Shown here: positions 39,105 to 48,162 of the stretch, piece by piece | Layout of the letters: every line of letters starts with the position of its first letter | Numbering within the stretch: the stretch's first letter is position 1 | Assembly: GCA_001793095.1 (NCBI GenBank) | Contig: MGHG01000008.1 | Coordinates: 269-64,268 of the forward strand | Direction of reading: 5' to 3' | DNA length: 64,000 bases | Origin: Candidatus Woesebacteria bacterium RIFCSPLOWO2_01_FULL_39_23 | GTDB lineage: Bacteria; Patescibacteriota; Microgenomatia; UBA8517 | The notes under the pieces: generated by a model | Seen by the model: the letters and a program-made list of their open reading frames with translations, nothing else | Databases searched by the model: none | Told to the model about the DNA's origin: nothing | Position numbers and translations under genes: made by a program

Positions 39105-39695
39105 TCACTTAACAACTCTTAGATCCAGTTCTTCGATTACTAAGTCAGCAACATGTCTCAAAACCGCAAATTCAACATCGTCCAGTTCCCGAAGAAGAAA
39201 CTCCCCGTCTGAAGTCTTTTTAAGCAGTCCTGCTCCGCCCACGCCAACTCTAATCTTCCAAAAAGTATTATCTCCTAATGACTCGCTTATTTTAGCTATT
39301 TCTGAGTGGTCAAACGGTTTGTTGTCAATTTTATAGTCATTGATTTTCAAAGTCGAATCATAAACGGCTACATAGAGATTGTCCAACTCCAAGGTGCTTT
39401 CTCCCTCATTAGAAAGATTCTCTTCCTTTTGTTTTTTCAGGTAAAATCTAGCTAGGTTTCTAACTACAGTACCTATCTCAGAAACCCAAGTTCTTGGCTT
39501 TACAAGAACAGTTAACGGATCGTCTTTTATAACCACGAGCATATACTTACCTGTAATTTTCCACTCATAACGAAGCTCCCTTGGAAAAATGTTAGCAAGT
39601 TCCTGGGCAATCTTATCAATAATAATAAATCCGGCATTAAACCTTGTCCTCGCATACTTCACCCCCGGATTACCAACACCAACTATTAATTTCAT
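39105..39695 (-). CDS. Hypothetical protein
   Basis: 196-aa ORF with no motif. Confidence 0.35.
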   Translation of the reverse strand: MKLIVGVGNPGVKYARTRFNAGFIIIDKIAQELANIFPRELRYEWKITGKYMLVVIKDDPLTVLVKPRTWVSEIGTVVRNLARFYLKKQKEENLSNEGESTLELDNLYVAVYDSTLKINDYKIDNKPFDHSEIAKISESLGDNTFWKIRVGVGGAGLLKKTSDGEFLLRELDDVEFAVLRHVADLVIEELDLRVVK

Positions 39696-39778
39696 AGATC
39701 TATTCTATCCTACCCCAAGTCAAGCTTAAATTACCTATTGCAATTCATCAAACGACTAACTATTATAAGGTCAATCAT

Positions 39779-39973
39779 ATGTTTAGTTCACTTCGCAACA
39801 TCGGTCTTCCGGAAATACTTATTATCGCAGCAGTTCTCGTTTTACTCTTCGGAGGCAAAAAGATCAGAGAGCTATCGCGAGGCCTGGGTGAATCGACAAA
39901 AGAGTTGAAAAACATTAAAAAAGAGATTAAGGGTGAAACGGAAGAGGAAAAAGTAGCCCATACGACTGAATAA
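39779..39973 (+). CDS. tatA: Twin-arginine translocase subunit TatA/E, paralog 1
   Basis: GLPEILIIAAVLVLLFGGKKIRELSRGLGESTKELK, the canonical TatA TM helix plus amphipathic helix. Confidence 0.8.
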   Translation: MFSSLRNIGLPEILIIAAVLVLLFGGKKIRELSRGLGESTKELKNIKKEIKGETEEEKVAHTTE

Positions 39974-39979
39974 AATACT

Positions 39980-40120
39980 ATGCGTAATATCGGCACAACT
40001 GAACTCGTAATTATTGCACTTATACTTCTTTTCCTGTTCGGTGGCAAGAAAATTCCCGAATTTATCAAAGGCCTCGGCAAAGCTATTGAGGAATTTCGCC
40101 GCGCTTCAAAGGAAAGCTAA
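39980..40120 (+). CDS. tatA: TatA paralog 2 (46 aa; below the ORF-track length cut-off)
   Basis: Translation MRNIGTTELVIIALILLFLFGGKKIPEFIKGLGKAIEEFRRASKES; ATG 7 nt after the previous stop. Confidence 0.7.
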   Translation: MRNIGTTELVIIALILLFLFGGKKIPEFIKGLGKAIEEFRRASKES

Positions 40121-40130
40121 CTCTCTATTG

Positions 40131-40260
40131 CCCCACACCAATTCCAGCTAAGTTTTCGGACACCTTTACTGTGAAATGCGAAATGCCTCAATCTGGTATT
40201 AAGCCGATTTCGGCTCCCAGAAGTTAAATTTCGGTGACCTCGTGTAGAATTTGTGCGGGG
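40131..40260. repeat. Degenerate copy of the CCCCGCACC hairpin element (CCCCACACCAATTCCAGCTA ... TAGAATTTGTGCGGGG), ORF-less
   Basis: Arms resemble the 23S IVS and GIY-YIG element arms with 3-4 mismatches; lies between tatA2 and tatA3. Confidence 0.45.
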
Positions 40261-40296
40261 CTTGCACTTTAGCTTTGAACAAACTATCATTTTAAT

Positions 40297-40593
40297 ATGC
40301 TAGGTAATCTTGGATCTCCTGAAATTTTAGTCATAGGAATAGTTCTTCTCATGCTTTTCGGCAGTAAAAAACTTAATGAACTTGCACGCGGACTCGGTGA
40401 ATCCTCGAAAGAATACAAAAAGCTTAAAAACGAATATCAAAAAGCACTTAATGACGACCCTGACGTTGAAGAACAATCTACATCCGAAGATAGTGTAACT
40501 TTAAAATCTGAAAGGTCTCCGACCCGGAGGGTCTCTCCCCGAGCTGGAGAGCTCTCTGAGCAGGAAGCTGGCCTGGAAGGAGGTGAAGAGTAA
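40297..40593 (+). CDS. tatA: TatA/TatB-like paralog 3 with acidic C-terminal extension
   Basis: LGSPEILVIGIVLLMLFGSKKLNELARGLGESSKEYKKLK, then a D/E/S-rich tail. Confidence 0.75.
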   Translation: MLGNLGSPEILVIGIVLLMLFGSKKLNELARGLGESSKEYKKLKNEYQKALNDDPDVEEQSTSEDSVTLKSERSPTRRVSPRAGELSEQEAGLEGGEE

Positions 40594-40740
40594 ATGCTAG
40601 GAAGATTCGGCGTAGCTGAACTATTAATTATTGCATTTCTTTTAGTCCTATTCTTTGGCGGAAAGAAAATTCCGGAATTTATACGAGGTTTAGGTGAAGC
40701 AGTTCGTGAATTTAAAAAAGGTGCCAAGGAAGAAAAGTAA
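40594..40740 (+). CDS. tatA: TatA paralog 4 (48 aa; missed by the ORF track)
   Basis: MLGRFGVAELLIIAFLLVLFFGGKKIPEFIRGLGEAVREFKKGAKEEK; ATG directly abuts the previous stop (TAAATG). Confidence 0.7.
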   Translation: MLGRFGVAELLIIAFLLVLFFGGKKIPEFIRGLGEAVREFKKGAKEEK

Positions 40741-40791
40741 AGCACAAGACCAAAATTCGTCGACACATATGCCCTAGCCAGAGACTGCTAT

Positions 40792-41538
40792 ATGGAAGAA
40801 GAAAGTTTCCTACCGGCGACGATACAGGACAGCTTCAATAAATATTTTCCGTATCTGATGGAGATCAGGAAGAGATTGTTTTTTATTGCAGCTATTTTTC
40901 TCGTTTCCGGGATATTTGGGTTTATTTATTATGAAAAAATAATAAGTACAATCCTGCATCTTCTGAACCTGACCGGTGTAAATATTGTCTTTACCTCGCC
41001 CTTCCAGTTTTTTACCTTATCTATAAATAGTGGATTTTTAGTTGGAGTGATTGTGTCCGCCCCGCTCATTTTCGCTCAAATCCTCTCTTTTATAAGGCCT
41101 GCGCTGACCAAAAAGGAATATAAAATTACAATTACTCTTCTCCCCGTCACTATAATTCTTTTCATCCTGGGATTTTTTTACGGTGTATCAATTATGAAAT
41201 ACATCGTGACCATCTTCTACCAAAAATCACAAGAGCTTAATATCGGGAATCTTCTGGACATCAACCTGCTGCTTGGAAAAATAATAACAACGGGCATCCT
41301 TCTCGGAGTTGCCTTTGAATTTCCTATCATTATGACTATTTTAATGCGACTTAATGTCATTAAATACAAAGACTTTATCAAACAGAGATTTTTGGCATAT
41401 TGCGTAGCAATTATATTTGCCGCACTTCTTCCTCCAACCGATATCCTGTCACTGATGCTTTTGACTCTTCCACTTGTAATGCTCTTTGAACTTACGCTAA
41501 TATTGAATAAGCTATTTTTAAAATCGCATTTATTATAA
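40792..41538 (+). CDS. tatC: Twin-arginine translocase subunit TatC
   Basis: Six TM helices with TatC-like spacing (EIRKRLFFIAAIFLVSG ... FAQILSFIRPALTKKE). Confidence 0.75.
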   Translation: MEEESFLPATIQDSFNKYFPYLMEIRKRLFFIAAIFLVSGIFGFIYYEKIISTILHLLNLTGVNIVFTSPFQFFTLSINSGFLVGVIVSAPLIFAQILSFIRPALTKKEYKITITLLPVTIILFILGFFYGVSIMKYIVTIFYQKSQELNIGNLLDINLLLGKIITTGILLGVAFEFPIIMTILMRLNVIKYKDFIKQRFLAYCVAIIFAALLPPTDILSLMLLTLPLVMLFELTLILNKLFLKSHLL

Positions 41539-41552
41539 TAAATTAGCGGGAG

Positions 41553-41844
41553 CCCCGCACCTGATTCTGGCTATGCATTATGTGTATGTTATTCAGAGTA
41601 TAAAATCTTATGAAATATACATCGGCTCTACAAAGAATCTAAAATTAAGACTTGGTAAACATAATGCAAATAAGAATACATCGACAAAAAATAGAGGACC
41701 CTGGATGTTAATTTACACAGAAGTATACAGATCAAAAGACGATGCGACGGAACGGGAATTCCGTCTTAAATACTATGGACGCGCCCTGGCTCAATTAAAA
41801 AGAAGACTCGTTAGGAGTCTTTTGAAGCCAGAATAGGTGCGGGG
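41553..41844 (+). mobile_element. Hairpin element (arms CCCCGCACCTGATTCTGG / CCAGAATAGGTGCGGGG) whose loop is exactly filled by a GIY-YIG ORF
   Basis: ~17-bp inverted repeats at 41553-41570 and 41828-41844. The ATG follows arm 1 by 2 nt and the TAG stop lies within arm 2. Confidence 0.65.
41573..41836 (+). CDS. GIY-YIG nuclease family protein (87 aa)
   Basis: MHYVYVIQS..EIYIGSTKNLKLRLGKHN; inserted between tatC and tatA5. Confidence 0.75.
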   Translation: MHYVYVIQSIKSYEIYIGSTKNLKLRLGKHNANKNTSTKNRGPWMLIYTEVYRSKDDATEREFRLKYYGRALAQLKRRLVRSLLKPE

Positions 41845-41857
41845 GAGGTGATAACTA

Positions 41858-42001
41858 ATGGTAAAAGGTATCGGATCAACTGAATTAATTATTATTGCGA
41901 TTATACTTTTAATTCTTTTCGGCGGAAGGAAATTGCCTGAGCTGGGACGCGGGCTTGGTGAATCAATAAGAGAGCTGAAAAAATCGATGAAAAACAAATA
42001 A
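41858..42001 (+). CDS. tatA: TatA paralog 5 (47 aa; missed by the ORF track)
   Basis: MVKGIGSTELIIIAIILLILFGGRKLPELGRGLGESIRELKKSMKNK; SD GGGGGAGGTG 7 nt upstream. Confidence 0.7.
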   Translation: MVKGIGSTELIIIAIILLILFGGRKLPELGRGLGESIRELKKSMKNK

Positions 42002-42021
42002 AAGTAATTTCGATTCACCCC

Positions 42022-42438
42022 ATGATGCCAGTTATCCTTTTATCGGTCTTATTTCTCCCCTTTGTACTCTGGCCTGTTGAAAAACTTCTCCCCTTCCCTT
42101 TTTTAGTTGAGGAACTAGTCAAAGTCATTTATATACTCTTGATTATTAAGGAGGAAGAAGCGACGAAAGAGCGATTAATATCGGCGACTGTTGTCGGAGT
42201 CCTTTTTGCGCTAAGTGAGAGCTTTTTCTTTCTTTTGAATATCCAGGCTGTAGGCACACCTTCAACTCTTGTGACGCGACTTGTTTTAACACTACCGCTT
42301 CATGTCGTGACAACTGTCTTAATTATGTTACCTACTTTACTTAATAAGAAACTGATTATTCTAGGGTTTATCCTCGCTGCTACGCTGCACTTTCTATTCA
42401 ATATGGGGGTAACTAAGTTAGCGAACGGACCATTTTAA
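42022..42438 (+). CDS. Hypothetical membrane protein
   Basis: ORF with 4 hydrophobic helices. Confidence 0.4.
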   Translation: MMPVILLSVLFLPFVLWPVEKLLPFPFLVEELVKVIYILLIIKEEEATKERLISATVVGVLFALSESFFFLLNIQAVGTPSTLVTRLVLTLPLHVVTTVLIMLPTLLNKKLIILGFILAATLHFLFNMGVTKLANGPF

Positions 42439-42921
42439 AAAAGCACTACTCGTTTCACTATCCGAAAAATCACATAATACCTCTCCGTTCATGCTTTTAT
42501 AAAAATCCAGAGCACCAGAGGTTTTATCCCCGACGTATGCATAAACTTCCTCGATCCTTTTCTCCCGGGCGAAACTAAATGTCTTTCTGAAGAGCTTTAC
42601 CCCGAAACCACCTTTTCGATACTGCGGCTTGACATACATGTACATCAATTCGTAGGTCGCAGGCGACATGGTAAAACCCGACCCTACCCAACCCTCAAGC
42701 CTGAACGTCTTTTGCCAAACCCGCATTTTAGCGGGAGAGTGCCCGATGACACTGAAACCTACCTTCTCCCCTTCCCTATCTTCAACAAATAAAACATAAA
42801 CCTTGGAATTTCTCTCTTCATCGGCGGCCTCAAACTCTTTATTTATTCTGTTGACAAAATGCGCGTAAGTTCGATCACCTCCGACAATTTCTGCAATAAC
42901 TTTGATTTCATCCTTACTCAT
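42418..42921 (-). CDS. GNAT-family N-acetyltransferase
   Basis: Acetyl-CoA binding motif-A-like YRKGGFGVKLFRKTFSFAREKR; length ~165 aa. Confidence 0.6.
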   Translation of the reverse strand: MSKDEIKVIAEIVGGDRTYAHFVNRINKEFEAADEERNSKVYVLFVEDREGEKVGFSVIGHSPAKMRVWQKTFRLEGWVGSGFTMSPATYELMYMYVKPQYRKGGFGVKLFRKTFSFAREKRIEEVYAYVGDKTSGALDFYKSMNGEVLCDFSDSETSSAFLKWSVR

Positions 42922-43053
42922 TGATCCATATTAACATATGTGAGAATCGGAAAACTCAGACGACTCTGACTCCAGACTTCCGGAAACCCAACTTTCAGAC
43001 CATCTGATAATCTGATTTTCTGAGTATTCTGAGGATTCCGATTTTCTGAATAT

Positions 43054-45957
43054 CTATTCCGACACTATTGAAGTATATTCTGAGCTAACCCACCCCGAAG
43101 TTCCATCCTGAAGTTCAATCTCATACCACCCATTATCTTCTCCTAGCAGTCTATATTTTTCCCCGGGTAATACCTTCGTTATTTCTCCACCTGATGGCTT
43201 TTCCCTGACTCTTAACCAACCCGTTGAGGTATTAAGAATCAGTACCACGGAGACAGTCGGTTCTTCCTTGACATCATCTTCTGCCGCATTGGGAGAAGTA
43301 ACAGCTTCTTCAACATAATCACCTGAGACCCAACCCGCAACTGTCCCCTCGCCTACCAAACCTGCATCTCCGCTTGTCTTACCAGATGCTGGCAAGAGAT
43401 GCGCTGCAATTGCTACATTTACCCAATCTCCATCCTCACTGATCTTTACAGCGTCCAAACTATCTATTAATTTTGCAAGTATTTTATCTTCTTTCGACGG
43501 TCCTTCTCTTAAATTGAGCTTAGAACCAAGGGGAACGTTAATTCTAACAATTTCCTGGCCACCAACGGCATTTGTTTTAGTTTTATCCTCCGCAACTGGT
43601 GCTGGAGTTATCGCATCCCCTTGCTTTTTTTCCTCAACATTGTCCTTGTTTTGTGAAGTCTCCATCTCCCGCCTTACCGAATTTGAAACAACTCCGGCGA
43701 CAATAAATCCGGAGGCTAGTGCAACGACGATTCCGAAGACACCGAAAGATATTCCGAATTTAATCCACCTTCCTACATTGACGCTTCTCTCAGACGTCGA
43801 GATACCTGTTGGTCCTTGTTTCTCACCTTTACCTTTTCTAGATTTAGATTTTCCGCTTGACGCTTTCTTCATAAAGACAACCATCAGTACAAAACCCGTT
43901 ATCATAATAATGATGAGTCCCCAAACAGTAAGTGCATTTACACTTCCTATGAAACCGAAAAGCGTACCTGTTGATGCAGCTAGGGTAACCAAATCCTGAA
44001 GCTTTGCCAACTTTGTCTCCACCGCATTTTTTTCTATCAAAGCTTCCCTATATGCGCGGATTCTTTGCTCGGGGGTGATCGCTTTCTTTTGCAGGGACAG
44101 GATCTTATCTAAGGACGCATCAATATCGCTTTTAAGAGTTACTCCTTGGGCAAAATATGACGTTTTCTCTAAAGGTCTTGAGAGATCAATTGCCTGTGAT
44201 CTAAAACTATCAACCTCGTCTTTTCCAATTACAAAAATATCTTCAAGCCGGATAGCGAGAACTCGCGTTTCATTTACCCTTAAAGGAATTTTTCCGTCAA
44301 CGTAATACTGATTTTTTTCCACATCATATTTAACCGACAAGAGATCGTCGTGGGAGAGAACGTCCTCTTCGCGAATTTCGGGTGGTAAATAATACTTCAA
44401 GATAGCCTCCTGACTGATTAACTTGGATGGATTGATAACCAGGGATTTAATTATTACACTACCCTCTTCAAGCCATGAACTCGCAATATAGGAGCTTGCT
44501 CCTTTTGCTAATAATAGTTTATTGGCAACGAGTAACCCCCTCATAGACAACAGAGAGTTTTTCTGACTTTTTTCAGGCGAGTTAGCATCTGCCGTCTTAC
44601 TGTCCAGCACAACCGACCCCTTCGGTACCTGGTTCACAGCGAGAACTTTTCTTTTCAAATCGCTGATTTTAGTCATCAGATCTTTGTCTCCCCGGACTGA
44701 ATCCCAATTAGTCAAAAGCTTCTCGACCTCACTCTGCCTGCCGTCCAGAGCCAGCGCAATACTCTCGGTCTTTTTAATTTTCCCGTATAAAGTACCATCA
44801 GATTGAATATCAGTCGCCGTACCGATCAATTTCTCAAGGCTTACTGAATTGGTAAATAGATTTTGAAGATCTTTCTTAGCACTTTTATCTCCCTTACCGG
44901 AACCGAGTGACGTTTGAATTGAGACTAAACCCTCTTTCAAGTTTGAAGTCTCAGCATTAATCTTCTCCCCCTCGTCCCAGTTCCAGGAATCATTAATCCA
45001 ATTTATCGACCCGTAAAGCGTATTAGTATTTTCAACATCGGACTCTTCACCCGCTAACTCGTTAAGCTCAATTACCTGGTCCAAAACCTGGCTTTCGGCT
45101 GTCTTCTCATAATTTTTTATAAGTGTTCCGATTTTACTGACGATATACTGATTATTTACGTAGAGTTGGTTTGCAACAGCCTTTGTTTCAGTTATTTTGG
45201 AATTCAAATCAGGTACATCATCCTCCAGTGAATATTCAATAATTGGCTTATTGACAAGTTTTTCTAGAAGGAGCCTCGTATCATCGGCCGTATCTTTTAC
45301 ATTGTTAATTTCGGTTGTAAGAGAAGTTATTCCCGATCCGGTAGCATTCGTCAAATCGGTTTTTGTCGCAATTGAACCGCTAGTTAAGCTCGGGTCTGTA
45401 AGAGTTCTTGATGAATTACTCCACATATTAGAAATGAGCGTCCCAAAAGTTGATAGCGACCTGGTCGAATAGCTCCAAATGTCACCAGCTAAACTCCCAA
45501 AACTTGAAAGTGTTCTTGAAGAATAACCCCAAACAGCACTGGCTATTGCGTCGGGGTCCGACGAGGTTGCTGCATCCGTTACTTCAAAATCTTTATCAAC
45601 GCATAACAATTCTGAACTGACAGTACAACAAACTTGTGTACGATAATAACCTGTCGTCGCCGGTGCTGTGAATTCATACGAGTACCACCCGTCAGACTCA
45701 GCTGCCGGAGGCATATTTTGATTGTCTAAATAAGACGTACCGTCTGGGTAACGGCTGGTGATGCTACAAATATCCGGAGTTGTTATCGGAGTGTACTCGT
45801 CATCGTACAAAAACTCACCGATGCCACACTCACTACCTACTGTACATGTTTGCGGGCTGCCTGCCGAAGCCCTGGCTAAATTTACATTACCAGCCAGGGC
45901 AAGGGCAGAGGCTGCCAAAAACGCCGAAATAGTTATAGCCTTCTTGGCAGTAGTCAT
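43054..45957 (-). CDS. Large secreted/membrane-anchored surface protein with coiled coils, a TM segment and two C-terminal SH3b domains
   Basis: Signal peptide MTTAKKAITISAFLAASALALA; central TM LIIIMITGFVLMVVF; SH3b-like GWLRVREKPSGGEITKVLPGEKYRLLGEDNGWYEIEL. Confidence 0.55.
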   Translation of the reverse strand: MTTAKKAITISAFLAASALALAGNVNLARASAGSPQTCTVGSECGIGEFLYDDEYTPITTPDICSITSRYPDGTSYLDNQNMPPAAESDGWYSYEFTAPATTGYYRTQVCCTVSSELLCVDKDFEVTDAATSSDPDAIASAVWGYSSRTLSSFGSLAGDIWSYSTRSLSTFGTLISNMWSNSSRTLTDPSLTSGSIATKTDLTNATGSGITSLTTEINNVKDTADDTRLLLEKLVNKPIIEYSLEDDVPDLNSKITETKAVANQLYVNNQYIVSKIGTLIKNYEKTAESQVLDQVIELNELAGEESDVENTNTLYGSINWINDSWNWDEGEKINAETSNLKEGLVSIQTSLGSGKGDKSAKKDLQNLFTNSVSLEKLIGTATDIQSDGTLYGKIKKTESIALALDGRQSEVEKLLTNWDSVRGDKDLMTKISDLKRKVLAVNQVPKGSVVLDSKTADANSPEKSQKNSLLSMRGLLVANKLLLAKGASSYIASSWLEEGSVIIKSLVINPSKLISQEAILKYYLPPEIREEDVLSHDDLLSVKYDVEKNQYYVDGKIPLRVNETRVLAIRLEDIFVIGKDEVDSFRSQAIDLSRPLEKTSYFAQGVTLKSDIDASLDKILSLQKKAITPEQRIRAYREALIEKNAVETKLAKLQDLVTLAASTGTLFGFIGSVNALTVWGLIIIMITGFVLMVVFMKKASSGKSKSRKGKGEKQGPTGISTSERSVNVGRWIKFGISFGVFGIVVALASGFIVAGVVSNSVRREMETSQNKDNVEEKKQGDAITPAPVAEDKTKTNAVGGQEIVRINVPLGSKLNLREGPSKEDKILAKLIDSLDAVKISEDGDWVNVAIAAHLLPASGKTSGDAGLVGEGTVAGWVSGDYVEEAVTSPNAAEDDVKEEPTVSVVLILNTSTGWLRVREKPSGGEITKVLPGEKYRLLGEDNGWYEIELQDGTSGWVSSEYTSIVSE

Positions 45958-45962
45958 AGAAT

Positions 45963-46109
45963 TTAGATTTTCTCTTTGGTAGCTTTTCTGAATTCTCTTA
46001 CAGAATCGGCTACTCCCTTTGATAACTCAGGAAGTTTTCTGCCGCCAAATAGAAACAACATAACCAAAGAAATTACTACTAATTCTGGGGTTCCAATGTT
46101 GCTTAACAA
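45963..46109 (-). CDS. tatA: TatA paralog 6 (48 aa; TTG start; missed by the ORF track), 5 nt upstream of the 967-aa surface-protein gene
   Basis: Minus-strand translation (M)LSNIGTPELVVISLVMLFLFGGRKLPELSKGVADSVREFRKATKEKI; SD AAGGAGGTGA 5 nt upstream of the TTG. Confidence 0.65.
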   Translation of the reverse strand: MLSNIGTPELVVISLVMLFLFGGRKLPELSKGVADSVREFRKATKEKI

Positions 46110-46414
46110 GTTAATCACCTCCTTTTTTTGCTAGAGAGGTCGGCGCCCAGTATCTTTGCTAAATTTAAACTAATGGATCCGGAATCAAGATTACGCTTGT
46201 ATCCAGACTGTTTTAGTGTTTGCTAAATGCAATGAATTGTTAAAGGTCCGGGCAGACAACTTATCTTTAACTAGCATATCCAGTATGTAGAGGTTAATTT
46301 GTCTTGTCAATAGCCATTTACAGGCATATCTATTCTTATCATAATCTTATCGCTATTTATATATTTAGCCTTACAAAAGTCGGTGAATTGGCAATTTGAC
46401 ACGATGATATAATT

Positions 46415-47416
46415 ATGATAACCTTTTTTAGAAAAGAGTTGACTCAGTCAAAAGGCTGCAAAACTTTTAAACACATGATTTTAGCATATAATTTATCCCC
46501 CACTATCAAAGATACTCTTGCAAAAATCGATGCCTTAAATAATAAACTTCTTCTTATTCCATTATCTTTGAAGAATGAACAAAGGCTTAAATGGGAAACC
46601 ACCATCGCAAGAATTTACTGGTCACTTATTTTGTCCGCGAACCCACTATCAAAAAACCACATGGCTAAAATTCTCGTCTCACATGACAATAAAAAAAGAG
46701 AAGGCAGACAGGTGATAAATTACCAGAAAGCACTAACCGAAATCAAAGACGAGTGGCTCGTCACAAGAAGAAACGTAACCCTTAATAGCTTACTAAGCCT
46801 CTATAAAACCTGCTGCAAAATTATTTCACCTCAGGATATAAGTCTAAAGAAAAGAAAAGAATTAAATATGCTTTTTGATTTTCTCAATCAAAGTACGGAA
46901 CATCCGGTAATTCAGGCCGGTATTTCTCAGATTGAGATGATAGAAATTGCGCCCTTTGATGACGGCAACGGCAGGATGGCAAGGCTCATGCCTTATTTGT
47001 ATCTTTATAAAAATGGTTACAACTGCCGTGACATGCTTGTTCTTGAGGAGTATTTCAGACGTGACCTGGTTGGCCTGAAACTCGCAATTGAAAATGTCAC
47101 TAAAAGCGGTAATCTGACTTACTGGCTCGAGTACTTTGTCAAAGGCTTTCACTCCCAACTTGAAAAAGCACTCGCAGGAGTAGAAGACATCAGATTTACC
47201 ACAGATATTTCCTCATCTTATTTCAAATTAAACGAACGCCAAAAAGAAATTATTGCACTTCTCGAATCTCCCGGCTCGAGGATTACTAATAAAATGGTTA
47301 AGAAGAGTTTCGGTACATCTCAAATTACTGCATCACGCGACTTGGCAAAACTCCTAAACCTTGAGATTGTCTTCGTTCATGGCAAAGGCAGATCAACTTA
47401 TTACACTAAAGCCTAA
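46415..47416 (+). CDS. Fic/DOC-family protein (AMPylator-like) with C-terminal HTH
   Basis: Fic motif region HPVIQ...APFDDGNGRMARL matches HPFx[DE]GNGR. Confidence 0.7.
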   Translation: MITFFRKELTQSKGCKTFKHMILAYNLSPTIKDTLAKIDALNNKLLLIPLSLKNEQRLKWETTIARIYWSLILSANPLSKNHMAKILVSHDNKKREGRQVINYQKALTEIKDEWLVTRRNVTLNSLLSLYKTCCKIISPQDISLKKRKELNMLFDFLNQSTEHPVIQAGISQIEMIEIAPFDDGNGRMARLMPYLYLYKNGYNCRDMLVLEEYFRRDLVGLKLAIENVTKSGNLTYWLEYFVKGFHSQLEKALAGVEDIRFTTDISSSYFKLNERQKEIIALLESPGSRITNKMVKKSFGTSQITASRDLAKLLNLEIVFVHGKGRSTYYTKA

Positions 47417-47469
47417 TCGGGTGTGATACAATACATAGCCAATCATCCTTTCCTGCTCATATATCTTTA

Positions 47470-48135
47470 ATGGTAGATATTGAACCGAACAAATTATTGA
47501 GTATTGGAGAAGCTGCAGAGTATTTAGGCGTATCAATCGATACCCTTCGACGCTGGGAGGCGCGAGGTAGAATTGTACCTCTACGCTCCCCTGGCGGTCA
47601 TCGGTACTTCAGTAAAAATGACTTAGATAGTTTATTCAATAAAAAATATACCCGCGATGAGACAAGTACCACTGAAACAAAACCAATCGAAACTGAAAAA
47701 TCCACAACCGCGTCCGTACCTGATTCGCCAACTGTACCATTAACACAACCCATCTCCCCCATCCCTCCTGTACCCATCACCCCCGATACTGAAATACCAA
47801 TTGTACCTCCGGTGCATCATGTTGAAGAGATTCGCCCGGTTGAACCAAATCCTCCCATACTCATAAGAGAATCTCCACCCCCATCTCCCATCACACTAGA
47901 CCAGAGGCCACTGAGCATACTTAACCCGATTAGCCAAGTGATGCCCGCCCCAAGTCAGAATGTTTTCCAAAAGGAGAGCAGCGAAACTCCGTCATTACGG
48001 CTTGATACAAATAACGACAAAGCAAAAAAATCCGAGGTTATACTGATTATCTTGATTGTCTTTCTAACATTAGCAGATGTAGTTCTTTTTATTCTTTGGT
48101 ACTCGTCAACCAAAATCACCGCCCCAATTCCTTGA
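47470..48135 (+). CDS. MerR/excisionase-type HTH protein with Pro-rich linker and C-terminal TM anchor
   Basis: LLSIGEAAEYLGVSIDTLRRWEARGRIVPLRSPGGHRYF (HTH_17-like); PxxP-rich region; C-terminal hydrophobic helix. Confidence 0.55.
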   Translation: MVDIEPNKLLSIGEAAEYLGVSIDTLRRWEARGRIVPLRSPGGHRYFSKNDLDSLFNKKYTRDETSTTETKPIETEKSTTASVPDSPTVPLTQPISPIPPVPITPDTEIPIVPPVHHVEEIRPVEPNPPILIRESPPPSPITLDQRPLSILNPISQVMPAPSQNVFQKESSETPSLRLDTNNDKAKKSEVILIILIVFLTLADVVLFILWYSSTKITAPIP

Positions 48136-48162
48136 GAAAATGACTGATATGGAAAGTATCTG

